IMG/VR virus record: IMGVR_UViG_3300012964_000001
Coordinates: 1-64,000 of that record
Strand: one strand, 5' to 3'
Source of the DNA: a virus
Length of the DNA stretch: 64,000 nucleotides
Below the pieces are notes generated by a model, which was not told the origin of the DNA, ran no database searches, and saw only the letters and a list, made by a program, of their open reading frames with translations. Positions 28,605-37,422 of the stretch are shown here, piece by piece (the first letter of the stretch is position 1; every line of letters begins with the position of its first letter). A program made the translations under genes and the position numbers.

Positions 28605-28968
28605 CTCCCTCCGGACTGAGGGTGAACTTCATCCGAGCGAAGACGTGCGGGAAGGTCTCCCGGGCCAGCGCAAGAATTTGATCTGCAGTGAGTTCCCCAC
28701 GAGCAAGGAAAGCGGAACAACTGTTGGGTCGAGAGTCGATAGAACGATCCCACCAGCTGATGATGGTCCAGCTCTCTGCCGATGTGACGTGCGATACTCG
28801 GCTCAATCTGTAGAGTCCCTGAACAGACTGTGTGCTAGGCAAAAAGATCCCACCATCGAGACAGTTCCACTTCAGTCGCCACTCGTAAGGTGGACGGTGT
28901 CCACCTGGGGCAGACAGATAGTGCCCCAATTGGCAATTCCAGCACCCGAAGTAGTAGATCTCCATCAT
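28591..28968 (-). CDS. hypothetical protein (125 aa)
   Basis: Co-oriented ORF with a 4-nt overlap to the upstream gene. Confidence 0.5.
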   Translation of the reverse strand: MMEIYYFGCWNCQLGHYLSAPGGHRPPYEWRLKWNCLDGGIFLPSTQSVQGLYRLSRVSHVTSAESWTIISWWDRSIDSRPNSCSAFLARGELTADQILALARETFPHVFARMKFTLSPEGVGGV

Positions 28969-29246
28969 CGTTCGCTATCCCCTTCAAACCCGAGCCTTCG
29001 AAACTCCCTTACACATGATTTACACGCTCCGGCGAGTCGAGCTTCGGTGAGCTTGTACGGAAGATCCCACCCATTGCCTCCGGGTTTTCCCGCGGGTCTC
29101 ACCCGACCGCACAGGCTGTAAGTGTCGATTCCTCCGCCTACGCATCGGCCACGATCTGTGAGCCTACGGATGCACCACGGAGCCAGCGGTCCTGCACATA
29201 CCGGCTCACAGAACGTGAAGATTTCGTTACTCACCGTGAGGTCCAT
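28965..29246 (-). CDS. hypothetical Cys-rich protein (93 aa)
   Basis: Co-oriented ORF. Confidence 0.45.
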   Translation of the reverse strand: MDLTVSNEIFTFCEPVCAGPLAPWCIRRLTDRGRCVGGGIDTYSLCGRVRPAGKPGGNGWDLPYKLTEARLAGACKSCVREFRRLGFEGDSER

Positions 29247-29491
29247 CGATTCGCCTTGACGGTTTTTATCGTCTCGTTTTCCCTGGGTATCGCGTTGTGC
29301 TCGACCGACGTGAACATGGACGAGTCGTCATCGTGACGGGATCCCTTGCAGTGCTGCAATTCTTGCACCTGCTTCAGAGCCTCGGCCAAAGCACGCGCTC
29401 CATGTGCGCACATCACGACCCGGAATCCCGGGCCGATCATCGCGACCTCTCTGGAACCAACCGGAACGACTACGATCGGGAAGTCAGGCAT
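29231..29491 (-). CDS. hypothetical protein (86 aa)
   Basis: Co-oriented ORF. Confidence 0.45.
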   Translation of the reverse strand: MPDFPIVVVPVGSREVAMIGPGFRVVMCAHGARALAEALKQVQELQHCKGSRHDDDSSMFTSVEHNAIPRENETIKTVKANRWTSR

Positions 29492-29846
29492 TCAATCTAT
29501 CCTTCCTTGCCTTCCTCTTCCAACGCAGCTCGGCCTTACGGGCCAGATCGAGAAGGTCCTTTGAAAACTCAGGATATTCACTCTGGCAGGCGGCTGCGTA
29601 AGCTCGCGCAGCCGGAACCGAGAAAGGATCGTGGTCCCAATCGAGAACAAAGTACTTGCAACGCTCGTGCTTCCCTCTGGAATTGGAGCTCCCGTCCGTT
29701 CTGCGAACCCAGAACTTGTGATAGACTCCCCGCTCGGGGTCGACTCGCGACCCGAATATAGGACGGTGCGGACACAGAGCTTCTCGGCACGAGCAGTTTT
29801 CGATCTCAAACCCATCCCCTCCGCAGGCTTTGCATGGTCTAAGCAT
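29484..29846 (-). CDS. hypothetical Cys-rich protein (120 aa)
   Basis: ATG (MLRPCKACGGDG) lies next to the upstream stop. Confidence 0.45.
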   Translation of the reverse strand: MLRPCKACGGDGFEIENCSCREALCPHRPIFGSRVDPERGVYHKFWVRRTDGSSNSRGKHERCKYFVLDWDHDPFSVPAARAYAAACQSEYPEFSKDLLDLARKAELRWKRKARKDRLNA

Positions 29847-30204
29847 CGGTTCGGTCCTTCGATGCGCACAAGTCAAGCTCTGCACGCAACCGCGTTATCT
29901 CAGCGTGCGCATCCACGGCCCATTCGACGAGGTCGAACAACTGGTTGATTGGAAACGACCGGTCTGTGTTCCTAAGCCAAAGCTGGGCTTCCAAGATCGG
30001 AGCCTCCCGGAGAGCGGATGCTTTGCGTGATGTAATTTCAGCTCTGAGCCTCTCTAGATCTCGCTCTGCCTCCGCCCTGCACCGCTGCTCGGACTCGTGC
30101 TCTGAGGCCAGTGTCATGGCAGAGCGTTCCCAATCCGCAGCTCTTTGCTCCGCCTCTTTGCGTCGGGCGCGTTCAGCGTTGAGCTCTTTCAATAGGTCAT
30201 CCAC
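29839..30204 (-). CDS. hypothetical coiled-coil protein (121 aa)
   Basis: Co-oriented ORF. Confidence 0.5.
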   Translation of the reverse strand: MDDLLKELNAERARRKEAEQRAADWERSAMTLASEHESEQRCRAEAERDLERLRAEITSRKASALREAPILEAQLWLRNTDRSFPINQLFDLVEWAVDAHAEITRLRAELDLCASKDRTDA

Positions 30205-30421
30205 GTATCACCCCCTCCGCCGGCCTGCAGCGGTCTAGCATGACTCGTAGCTTCGAGTTCTCTTCAAGAAGAGATTCCACGGTGTCAATCAGTGCCATGA
30301 TCACGCTCGCCCCGCGCTCGGCGTCCTCCGAGGTCTTCGTGAGCCCAACCGTTCGGGCGTTGATCGCCGAGGTCAAGAGCTGCGCGGCGAGCTTGTTGGC
30401 TTCAGCGAGATTGACCATCAT
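30197..30421 (-). CDS. hypothetical small protein (74 aa)
   Basis: Co-oriented ORF. Confidence 0.4.
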   Translation of the reverse strand: MMVNLAEANKLAAQLLTSAINARTVGLTKTSEDAERGASVIMALIDTVESLLEENSKLRVMLDRCRPAEGVIRG

Positions 30422-30626
30422 GGGTCCTCGAGCAGTTCGGGCAGTCTGAAACGTCGGCTTCGGGCTCGTTGGGTTCGAACCATGGTAGCTTCACCACTCG
30501 GAGCGTGTCCGGCGGAGGGGTGAAGTTACGATCCATCGGCGGCGCCGGCTCGGTGTCGCGCGTCTCCAGCGGAGGGGGAGGGTAGGAGTGTCCGGCGTTT
30601 GGACCTGGAGTCATTTCGTTAGCCAA
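30402..30626 (-). CDS. hypothetical Pro-rich small protein (74 aa)
   Basis: Co-oriented ORF. Confidence 0.35.
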   Translation of the reverse strand: MANEMTPGPNAGHSYPPPPLETRDTEPAPPMDRNFTPPPDTLRVVKLPWFEPNEPEADVSDCPNCSRTHDGQSR

Positions 30627-31495
30627 TCGAAGAAGGCATCGGACTCGACGTCATCCAACGCGAACAGTGCCTTCCTGAACCTGTCGCGGGGAGCTTCGGG
30701 TATCGCCAACCAGGCCTCTTGGGCTGCCTGCAGGCACGGATGGGGCGCGGGTGCTCGCTTCGGTGCAGGCGCAGCATTCGGCTTCTCTGGCGCCGCCTTG
30801 GTAGGCTTCGGCTGTGCCGCCTTCTTGACCTTCGCCTTCGCCTTCTCGACCTGCTTGACCGGGTCCTTCTCGCGGGCGAGCTCAAGCAGGTCTTGCTGGC
30901 GGTCCTCGACCGGGGTGCCTTCGAGCACCTTCACGGTCTCAGGTTTGAGCGACGCGCCGATCTGGGCGTCCTGCCGGACCGCGCGCTCGGAACGCCCGGT
31001 CTTGGCGGAGGTGTCGGCCACGAAGTCAGCAGTGGCATTTTTTGCCATTGCTGAGTCTTTGGCCGGCTTCGGGTGGTTCCTTCCCCCTGTGGTTCCTCCA
31101 GCCACGCCGGCCCTGGTCTCCGGGTGGAGCTTTTCGTAGATGACCTTCCGCCGAGCAGTAGCGGTTGACCGCTCTAGTACCGTTAGCTCTGCCCGGCAGA
31201 GGTTCTCGTCGATCTCAGCCAAGTCTGCCAGAAGCTTCGGGTCGTACTGGTCGGAGAGCCCATCCCCGCCTTCGAGGTAGGTCACCGGGACGTGCTTCCA
31301 GCCTAACTCTTTCACTGCCTCCAAACGATGGAGACCAGCGACCAGGGCAACCCCATTGACCTCCTGGAGGACCACCAGGGGTTCAAGTAGCCCGACAGTG
31401 AGAATACTGTCCTTCAAGGCCGCCACCCGTTTAGGGTCAACGGGGCGCCGGCCTTTCTGGACCACGATCGATGAAACGAGAACGCCGTTGGACAT
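30611..31495 (-). CDS. ParB/Srx-fold N-terminal domain protein with basic Ala/Lys/Pro-rich C-terminal region
   Basis: GLLEPLVV...LVAGLHRLEAVKELG is the ParB GxxR-type box. ATG (MSNGV) overlaps the upstream stop (TGATG). Confidence 0.7.
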   Translation of the reverse strand: MSNGVLVSSIVVQKGRRPVDPKRVAALKDSILTVGLLEPLVVLQEVNGVALVAGLHRLEAVKELGWKHVPVTYLEGGDGLSDQYDPKLLADLAEIDENLCRAELTVLERSTATARRKVIYEKLHPETRAGVAGGTTGGRNHPKPAKDSAMAKNATADFVADTSAKTGRSERAVRQDAQIGASLKPETVKVLEGTPVEDRQQDLLELAREKDPVKQVEKAKAKVKKAAQPKPTKAAPEKPNAAPAPKRAPAPHPCLQAAQEAWLAIPEAPRDRFRKALFALDDVESDAFFDWLTK

Positions 31496-32448
31496 CAGGG
31501 CAATAGCTCTCGACGATTTGCGAGATAGTACTGGTTGGCTGAATTGTGCTCTTTGAGAGTTCCCAAATTCTCGTGATGCTTCACGTGTCCATAGCAAGCT
31601 CGCAGGATTTTCACGAGTCTCACCGATTGGCTGTCAACCTTTGCTGTCGACCTCTTATCGCCAGAGTCCAGTTGGTTCAGGTACTTTCGCAGTGTCTGCG
31701 CTGGAGACCCAGATGTAATGGCTCCGTCCCACAGAGCTTGAACGAACTCAGAGATAGCTCGCTTGTCCTTCTCCCAAGCAACAACAAAGATCGCGTTCAA
31801 CCACGCATCCCATGGGCGAGGAAAGGAACCGCCTTGACGGTTAAGTATTCCAACAATCCAATCGAGGGCAGCCTTGTGCTTCTCTGCCATCTGATCGTAA
31901 TCATGTTGTGTTGGTGACCCAGTAAAAGCAGTTGCTATGCCCCATAAGGCCCGTATGATGGCTGCCCGGCGATTTCCCTGTGTTATGCCATCAAGTTTCC
32001 ACTGCTCACCGCAGGTCCTGCGGGCCTGCCGATCAAGTACCCGTTGAGCTTCATCGTCTAGGCCAAAGACAATCAAAAATACGGTGGCTTTCCCGGTTTT
32101 CACCACCATCAGAAGACGGTGTTGACCATCAAGTAGCAATCCGTCCTTTCCGAAGCCGAGTCCCTGTGGGGTAATAGGCCAGAAGCCATCTAACCGATCT
32201 CGGCAGTAGGCCTCCAGATTCGCGCTTCGTTCGTCCCTGTTATGCGTGTTCAGGTTCTCCAGCCAGAACGCAGCCAAGCGTGGCGTCACCTTGGCAAATA
32301 GACAGATCGGTTTGCGGGATGTCGGTTCCCAATTGTCGGGAGGGTCATAGACGCCTTCGAATCCTGGGTTCTTATCAAGATATTGCAGAGCATTGCGTGA
32401 CATCATTGTTCTCCTGGTTCCACAGCCTACGGCGTGGCCTAACGCCAC
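31495..32448 (-). CDS. DGQHR-motif (DndB/ParB-like) domain protein
   Basis: GLLLDGQHRLLMV is present. No C-terminal HNH/DUF1524 domain was seen. Confidence 0.6.
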   Translation of the reverse strand: MALGHAVGCGTRRTMMSRNALQYLDKNPGFEGVYDPPDNWEPTSRKPICLFAKVTPRLAAFWLENLNTHNRDERSANLEAYCRDRLDGFWPITPQGLGFGKDGLLLDGQHRLLMVVKTGKATVFLIVFGLDDEAQRVLDRQARRTCGEQWKLDGITQGNRRAAIIRALWGIATAFTGSPTQHDYDQMAEKHKAALDWIVGILNRQGGSFPRPWDAWLNAIFVVAWEKDKRAISEFVQALWDGAITSGSPAQTLRKYLNQLDSGDKRSTAKVDSQSVRLVKILRACYGHVKHHENLGTLKEHNSANQYYLANRRELLP

Positions 32449-32467
32449 CGGCTGAATGTCTTCAGAT

Positions 32468-32758
32468 CTACGTCGACCTCCTAGCCCGCCTCTCGCGCTT
32501 CGCTGCGTTCTTCTCGGCCTTCGAGAGACCGGCGATTTGGTGCCTCGGGAACTCGGCCTCCGCCGGAGTCTTGGGGGCTACGTCTCGTCCCCAACCAGGA
32601 GCGGCGCCGCTACGCCGTGGAGGGTAGTAGCGGTGCCCATCCTCGTCTGAACCGCGAGCTCTCGCGGGCGCCGGAACTTCTTCGGCGTTCTGACCAGCTG
32701 TGGCCATCCCACACAACAGCGTTGGAAACAGCGTTGGAAGCAACTTCAGAAGATTCAT
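32468..32758 (-). CDS. putative lipoprotein (96 aa)
   Basis: MNLLKLLPTLFPTLLCG is a signal peptide with lipobox LLCG. Confidence 0.5.
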   Translation of the reverse strand: MNLLKLLPTLFPTLLCGMATAGQNAEEVPAPARARGSDEDGHRYYPPRRSGAAPGWGRDVAPKTPAEAEFPRHQIAGLSKAEKNAAKRERRARRST

Positions 32759-32761
32759 AGC

Positions 32762-33019
32762 TCAATCTCTACTGGTGTTAATCACAGCCCACCGGACAAT
32801 CCTGCGTCCTATACGCGACCAATGGATGCCTGGCCAAATGGATACCGAATAGCTATAAGCAATAGCTCCTTGCGGTCCAGCCGGATCCGTCATCTCCTCA
32901 ACCAGGCACAAAACGCCGTCGGGCAGGGAACCAATCTCTGGTACGCGATAGTTCCAATGACCTGTAGCGAACGTATTCGGAACGAGAAGCTCTCCGTGTT
33001 GTCCTGTGAGCGATTTCAC
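32762..33019 (-). CDS. hypothetical protein (85 aa)
   Basis: Co-oriented ORF with a 4-nt overlap. Confidence 0.45.
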   Translation of the reverse strand: MKSLTGQHGELLVPNTFATGHWNYRVPEIGSLPDGVLCLVEEMTDPAGPQGAIAYSYSVSIWPGIHWSRIGRRIVRWAVINTSRD

Positions 33020-33264
33020 GCCTTCCTGCCTTTCCCGTTTCCGTTGCCCTTCAAGAGCTCCGCCTCGACCTCCCCGCGGGACAGCCCTAGAATCCGCTCT
33101 CCTTGCTCGCGAGCGTCGTACCAGAATCTAGCCTCGACTTCGCAGGAGGTCCTGGTCTGTACGATTTTGTCTAGGTTGGGAAGGATTACGCTGCAGCGCC
33201 ACTTGACTGGGACAGAAGGGGGAGTGGTTAGTTCCACCTTAGTCCTCAACTTTGGCCCACCCAT
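33016..33264 (-). CDS. hypothetical protein (start uncertain)
   Basis: Internal ATG chosen to limit overlap with 33239-33514. Confidence 0.3.
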   Translation of the reverse strand: MGGPKLRTKVELTTPPSVPVKWRCSVILPNLDKIVQTRTSCEVEARFWYDAREQGERILGLSRGEVEAELLKGNGNGKGRKA

Positions 33265-33514
33265 CGGGTATGTTTTGCCGCTTGTGCGACACAATGGGTT
33301 CTCCGATCCGAAGCTTGATGTCCCGGTGCTCAGCCGGGACGTCGTTGCGTTCGTGACGCAGTACCGACGCACGCGGAAGTTTCAGCAACATTAGGTCGCT
33401 ATCGAGCTCGTACATCACGGCTTTTGGGTCACGGATTGTGTGCTGGTGGCCGGTTATTTCACCTTCTCCCAGAATCAGCTTACGGTTGATACGCTTTACT
33501 TTTTTCATTCTCAT
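33239..33514 (-). CDS. hypothetical protein (91 aa)
   Basis: ATGA overlap with the upstream stop at 33511-33514. Confidence 0.5.
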   Translation of the reverse strand: MRMKKVKRINRKLILGEGEITGHQHTIRDPKAVMYELDSDLMLLKLPRASVLRHERNDVPAEHRDIKLRIGEPIVSHKRQNIPDGWAKVED

Positions 33515-34698
33515 GCCTCCTGGATAAACTCCAGTTGTGGATTTGTGTTGCACTCTTCGATAGACGGCCAATACAGAGAGTCCTTGGGAGCGTAGATCAC
33601 CACAATGTCGCCATGTCGGTAGTATCGTGCGCTACGATCCGTGCTCAGACGAATTTGCCATTTGCGGGCCGCCTGGGCGCTACTCAGACCCGGATCCACT
33701 GGCTCGATGAAGTACGGCTGCGATCCATCGTGCAACGGTGGCGACTCCATCCGAAGATACCGAGGTTCTAGTTCACCAACCCGATTCTCTGCTTCCAGCA
33801 ATTCATAGCGCAAACCAGTCTTCTTACACGTCCATCGGTCAATGACTACAACTCCACGAAGTTCAAGGTACCGAGCCCATCCCAGCTTTTCAGCGAGGCA
33901 CCGGTGAATCTCGGAGTTGCGTTCCGCGGATAGCTTTTCGCGCGTGTAGGACTCTGGTGCGTCGATGACTCGCGACGGAACCCTAACACCATGCCAACAA
34001 TGTATCTGATACCCATCGCGATACAGGAGCGCCGGTCCAGAGCTATTATGCAATCTAGGACGCTCCCGGTTAGGTTCCCATGAGACTAATTCTGGGCGCT
34101 CACTACAGATGCATACGCCAGAGTATGGCCACCACCATCCACAGGACTGCGCTACTTCAGACCATAACTCTAGATCTTCGTTTCGCTCGTATCGCACACC
34201 TAATATCTCTCTGGGAAACAAATAGAATGCGATCCAAAACGCTTCGTGCGCACCCCAGAAGCGAGACTCCCAGAGCGAGTCACGGAGCGAGTCACGGAGC
34301 GAGTCACGGAGCGAGTCCCAGAGCGAGTCACGGAGCGAGTCACGGAGCGAGTCACGGAGCGAGTCACGGAGCGAGTCACTGAGCGAGTCACGGAGCGAGT
34401 CACGGAGCGAGTCACGGAGCGAGTCACGGAGCGAGTCACGGAGCGAGGCACTGAGCGAGTCCCGGAGAGAGTCGTGTTTTACGTCGCGGATTATCGCGAT
34501 GGTTGCTACTGCCGTCGCGGGCGAATCCGTCCATATAAATCTTGGTGAAGATTGTCCAATACGAGCATACATGCTCGTTATGGCTACTTCGGCACGTGGT
34601 CGATCGGCGGGTTCCGTGCAAGATCCGATAGCAAACCAGCGAGCACGAAACTCACGTAGCTGCTCTTCTTGAGCACCGTTCAACTGCTCTATCTTCAT
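33511..34698 (-). CDS. protein with (S/D)LRD tetrapeptide tandem array (about 17 units) and globular C-terminal domain
   Basis: ATG 34698 (MKIEQLNG) is preceded by GAGGT. SLRDSLRDSL... is encoded by the 12-bp DNA repeat. The alternative GTG start at 34764 would overlap a small TM ORF. Confidence 0.65.
   Translation of the reverse strand: MKIEQLNGAQEEQLREFRARWFAIGSCTEPADRPRAEVAITSMYARIGQSSPRFIWTDSPATAVATIAIIRDVKHDSLRDSLSASLRDSLRDSLRDSLRDSLRDSLSDSLRDSLRDSLRDSLRDSLWDSLRDSLRDSLRDSLWESRFWGAHEAFWIAFYLFPREILGVRYERNEDLELWSEVAQSCGWWWPYSGVCICSERPELVSWEPNRERPRLHNSSGPALLYRDGYQIHCWHGVRVPSRVIDAPESYTREKLSAERNSEIHRCLAEKLGWARYLELRGVVVIDRWTCKKTGLRYELLEAENRVGELEPRYLRMESPPLHDGSQPYFIEPVDPGLSSAQAARKWQIRLSTDRSARYYRHGDIVVIYAPKDSLYWPSIEECNTNPQLEFIQEA
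34273..34476. repeat. 17 x 12-bp in-frame tandem repeat (GAGCGAGTCACG on + strand)
   Basis: 12 units are perfect. Variants are at 34309, 34369, 34441, 34453 and 34465. Confidence 0.95.
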
Positions 34699-34705
34699 AG
34701 CGACC

Positions 34706-34834
34706 TCAGATACCTCGGATGCATGATCCAACCGCGAGTCCGATAGCCACCGAAAAGAGTGCACCGATCATGAACCACGCGAGCCACTCAGAACATGCGA
34801 CGTACTTGTATGCGGTGGATACGCGATTCTTCAT
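34706..34834 (-). CDS. possible 42-aa membrane peptide
   Basis: Reads MKNRVSTAYKYVACSEWLAWFMIGALFSVAIGLAVGSCIRGI, with an ATGA overlap to the upstream stop. Not in the supplied ORF track because it is under 60 aa. Confidence 0.3.
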   Translation of the reverse strand: MKNRVSTAYKYVACSEWLAWFMIGALFSVAIGLAVGSCIRGI

Positions 34835-35118
34835 GCCGCCCTTCCTTTCCTGAGCACCGAGCTCAAATCAACCAGGTCGAGTTTTGCTAAAATCTCCCCG
34901 GGCACTGGGCGCTTCCCGCTCACGTACCGCTGTAGGGTATTGCGGTGTAGCTCGAGCTCTCGCGCCGCCAGTTCGAGGCAGTTGAGCCCCCGCTCTTCGA
35001 GTCTCCGAAGCAAGGCCCTTGCGACGTACCGTCGAAGCAATACCCGTTCGGGTACTGCCGATGAATGCTCGGTCGCTATCTTGACTGATATGAATCCCCC
35101 TAATTCGACTCTTTTCAT
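34831..35118 (-). CDS. XRE-type HTH protein
   Basis: GLNCLELAARELELHRNTLQRYVSGKR. Confidence 0.55.
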   Translation of the reverse strand: MKRVELGGFISVKIATEHSSAVPERVLLRRYVARALLRRLEERGLNCLELAARELELHRNTLQRYVSGKRPVPGEILAKLDLVDLSSVLRKGRAA

Positions 35119-35318
35119 GTGGCCGCCTCTGAACGGGCTCTGTACCCACAGGACTGTGGGTCGTACTGAAGTTTTCCTTCGTCAAATAGAAGCTTTGCGA
35201 GCGCGTCCACGAGTGCACGACGTTCTTCGTCAGTCGACACGCCCAGCCGGCGCTCAAGCTCGGGAACCGGCACGGCTGCGTCCGCGCCTTTGATGACATC
35301 GAGAACCTGTCGGATCAC
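35115..35318 (-). CDS. hypothetical small protein (67 aa)
   Basis: 4-nt overlaps on both sides. Confidence 0.45.
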   Translation of the reverse strand: MIRQVLDVIKGADAAVPVPELERRLGVSTDEERRALVDALAKLLFDEGKLQYDPQSCGYRARSEAAT

Positions 35319-35542
35319 GACTCCACCGCCTTTTGGCGGGAATGGGCCAAACAGCTCAGAAGTCCATCGACCTCAATTCCGCAGAACCGGCAGATTGGCC
35401 GCCCACAGACAGTGCCTTGGGGAGCGTCCACGAGCCTCCCGTTGCGACGGATCCTTTTGATCGGGTACTGGCAGTTCCCGATAGAAAGGGTGCCACAGCT
35501 GGCGCATGGCTCGCTCTTACGGCCGCAGAGGAAAATATCCAT
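35315..35542 (-). CDS. Cys-rich (zinc-ribbon-like) small protein
   Basis: CGRKSEPCASCG...CGRPICRFCG. Confidence 0.45.
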   Translation of the reverse strand: MDIFLCGRKSEPCASCGTLSIGNCQYPIKRIRRNGRLVDAPQGTVCGRPICRFCGIEVDGLLSCLAHSRQKAVES

Positions 35543-35545
35543 GGA

Positions 35546-35833
35546 TCAGGCCGCAGTCTTCTTGGAGCGCTTCGTGGGTTGACACAGACGCTCTGGAATC
35601 TTCGGGAGCTCGGCGTCGGACGGATCGTTCTGCCCCCAGCACCGTCCTGCCACACCGAGTAGCTTCTCGATCACGTTGGCCGACGGATGGAGCGGTACCT
35701 GTAGTCCGTTGACCCACCTCGATACGGAGGCCGCGTCGGTCGCTATGTGTTGCCGCATCCGGCGTACCAACTCAGCCTGCGTCCATCCTCGGTCCTGGAG
35801 GGCCCGACGAACCATTCGAACGGCGATCACCAT
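35546..35833 (-). CDS. XRE/Cro-CI-type HTH regulator, first gene of the leftward block
   Basis: LQDRGWTQAELVRRMRQ...VSRWVNG. ATG 35833 was chosen because the TTG at 35869 coincides with a -35 hexamer. Confidence 0.6.
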   Translation of the reverse strand: MVIAVRMVRRALQDRGWTQAELVRRMRQHIATDAASVSRWVNGLQVPLHPSANVIEKLLGVAGRCWGQNDPSDAELPKIPERLCQPTKRSKKTAA

Positions 35834-35840
35834 AGGGCGC

Positions 35841-35869
35841 AGTATGTTGCGGCTCCACAATGTTGTCAA
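35841..35869 (-). promoter_or_regulatory. sigma70-like promoter for the leftward HTH gene (TTGACA-17-CATACT), near-leaderless
   Basis: The minus strand reads cTTGACAacattgtggagccgcaaCATACTgcgccctATG. Only 7 nt separate the -10 from the ATG. Confidence 0.4.
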
Positions 35870-35926
35870 GAATCATCAGATCAAGGCCATGTTTTCGCCC
35901 CCAAAAGGCCGCTACAACCAATAGAT

Positions 35927-36391
35927 ATGGCGCGCAGAGCCACCGATCCGACCCGCGAGCTGAAGACGCTCCATCATCGGCTGAACGAAGCGATGGAGTA
36001 CGCTGGGTACTCGAATGAGCGCGGACAACTCCGTCGTCTCGCAAAGGCGTCCAAAATAGACGTCGCTCTGCTCTCTCGCTACCGACGCGGCAAGAACATC
36101 GCGGGCATCACGGCCGATATGGTCGTCCGTTTGGCCAGATTTCTAAACGTCTCCTGCGGATGGCTTCTGGCGAGTGAAGGTCCTGCTCCGTGGGGGGAAC
36201 TTCACACTAGGAGCTTCATCCAGAGAGAGACAGCATTCCGGGACTTCCGGGGCCCTCCAGGAGTAGGCGTAATCGACCACCCGTCGACAGTAATCCAGGT
36301 CTCCAGCGGCAGTGGCGACAAGCACGATAGCGTGCCGACAGGCGCAACGCCGATACACCCTCGCACACCACGTCGTTCCAATCGGAAATAG
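35927..36391 (+). CDS. XRE-type HTH regulator, first gene of the rightward block
   Basis: LRRLAKASKIDVALLSRYRRGKN is present. The gene is divergent from 35546-35833 across a 93-bp gap. Confidence 0.6.
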   Translation: MARRATDPTRELKTLHHRLNEAMEYAGYSNERGQLRRLAKASKIDVALLSRYRRGKNIAGITADMVVRLARFLNVSCGWLLASEGPAPWGELHTRSFIQRETAFRDFRGPPGVGVIDHPSTVIQVSSGSGDKHDSVPTGATPIHPRTPRRSNRK

Positions 36392-36869
36392 TAGCGTCAT
36401 CATGGGCAGCTCTCCCCTCCCCGTAGATCGGGGTCGAATGCTAGAAATACAAGGCGATACCAGGTGTATGTGGGCTCTAGTAGACTGAATCTCCCTATAC
36501 GAGCTCTTCCATACTGTGGATAAGCCATGATCGCTGGTCTTTCGGCCGTTCTTGTGTGGCCTCAAGATTGTTTCTTGACAACGATGTTGCTTTGCTGCAA
36601 GGTCGACCCACAGAGCATGGAACCAACACCCAAAACAGAAGGCAGAAAGAAGAAGAGCCAAAATATTGACGCTGGCTAGCGCCACGAAGCGGGCATGCCG
36701 ACCGGAAGTCCCACTTATCCCCCTCTGTGTTGACCTCCTGTCGCTTGCCCTCTTCGTGGCACAAGCGTCCCGCCTTGGGCTCGGCTCACCCAGGGGCATG
36801 GTGCCCCACGGCAAATCGACCAAAGCAATTCACGGGTGTTTTCTACGGGTGAGCCGAGCCGAGGGCACG

Positions 36870-37073
36870 ATGTCGATCAACAACCAACCCACCGAAGAAC
36901 AGCTACGTGATGCGCGGTCACACCTGTACGTCGCGCTCGTCGAGAGCCTACCGTCGGACGAACCGCTCATCCTGGACCACGTGCGAGAGGCCCTGGTCCT
37001 GTTGGGTGGTACCCCGCCCGACGTGGTTCGAGAGGTAGTTCTTCGGGTTCAGCGGGACAGGTCAGCGTCATGA
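36870..37073 (+). CDS. hypothetical small protein (67 aa)
   Basis: ATG preceded by GAGGG. Confidence 0.4.
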   Translation: MSINNQPTEEQLRDARSHLYVALVESLPSDEPLILDHVREALVLLGGTPPDVVREVVLRVQRDRSAS

Positions 37074-37125
37074 TTCCGAGAGCGCTTGCACGTCGTGTCC
37101 TCTGCGATGCGGCGCAGGAGGATAC

Positions 37126-37419
37126 ATGAAGCTCGAGGATGTCCGGAAGTACTCTACGGTCCAGAAGTTCACGGAAATCTTGGCACGTGACCAGTTGATG
37201 CTTGCGGTCAGCCCTCCGAAGGGGACTCGGGGCCGCTGGTACGTCCAGCTCTACGACCGAGCGACGGGAGAAATCGGGACCGGTACGAGCCCCAACTTCG
37301 AAAACGCGCTCATTCTGGCGACTGCGAGCCTCGAGCGGGCAAACGTGGAACGCACCCAGGAGAAATCGGTCGGCTTGATTCCGGACGGCGGGGAGATTGT
37401 GGCCAAGGAGGCCAGCTGA
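37126..37419 (+). CDS. hypothetical protein (97 aa)
   Basis: ATG preceded by GGAGGA. Confidence 0.5.
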   Translation: MKLEDVRKYSTVQKFTEILARDQLMLAVSPPKGTRGRWYVQLYDRATGEIGTGTSPNFENALILATASLERANVERTQEKSVGLIPDGGEIVAKEAS

Positions 37420-37422
37420 GCC

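Noticed and set aside
35867-35869. The TTG start codon of ORF 35546-35869 given in the ORF track.
   Set aside because: This TTG is the first three bases of a TTGACA hexamer placed 17 nt upstream of a -10-like CATACT. The ATG at 35833 is a better start.
36143-36823. The 226-aa minus ORF in the 36.1-36.8 kb region.
   Set aside because: It overlaps the + strand HTH gene by ~250 nt, runs against the local transcription direction and has odd composition. The region 36392-36869 is left unannotated. A short TM-like segment (FVALASVNILALLLSAFCFGCWF) is not enough to call a gene.
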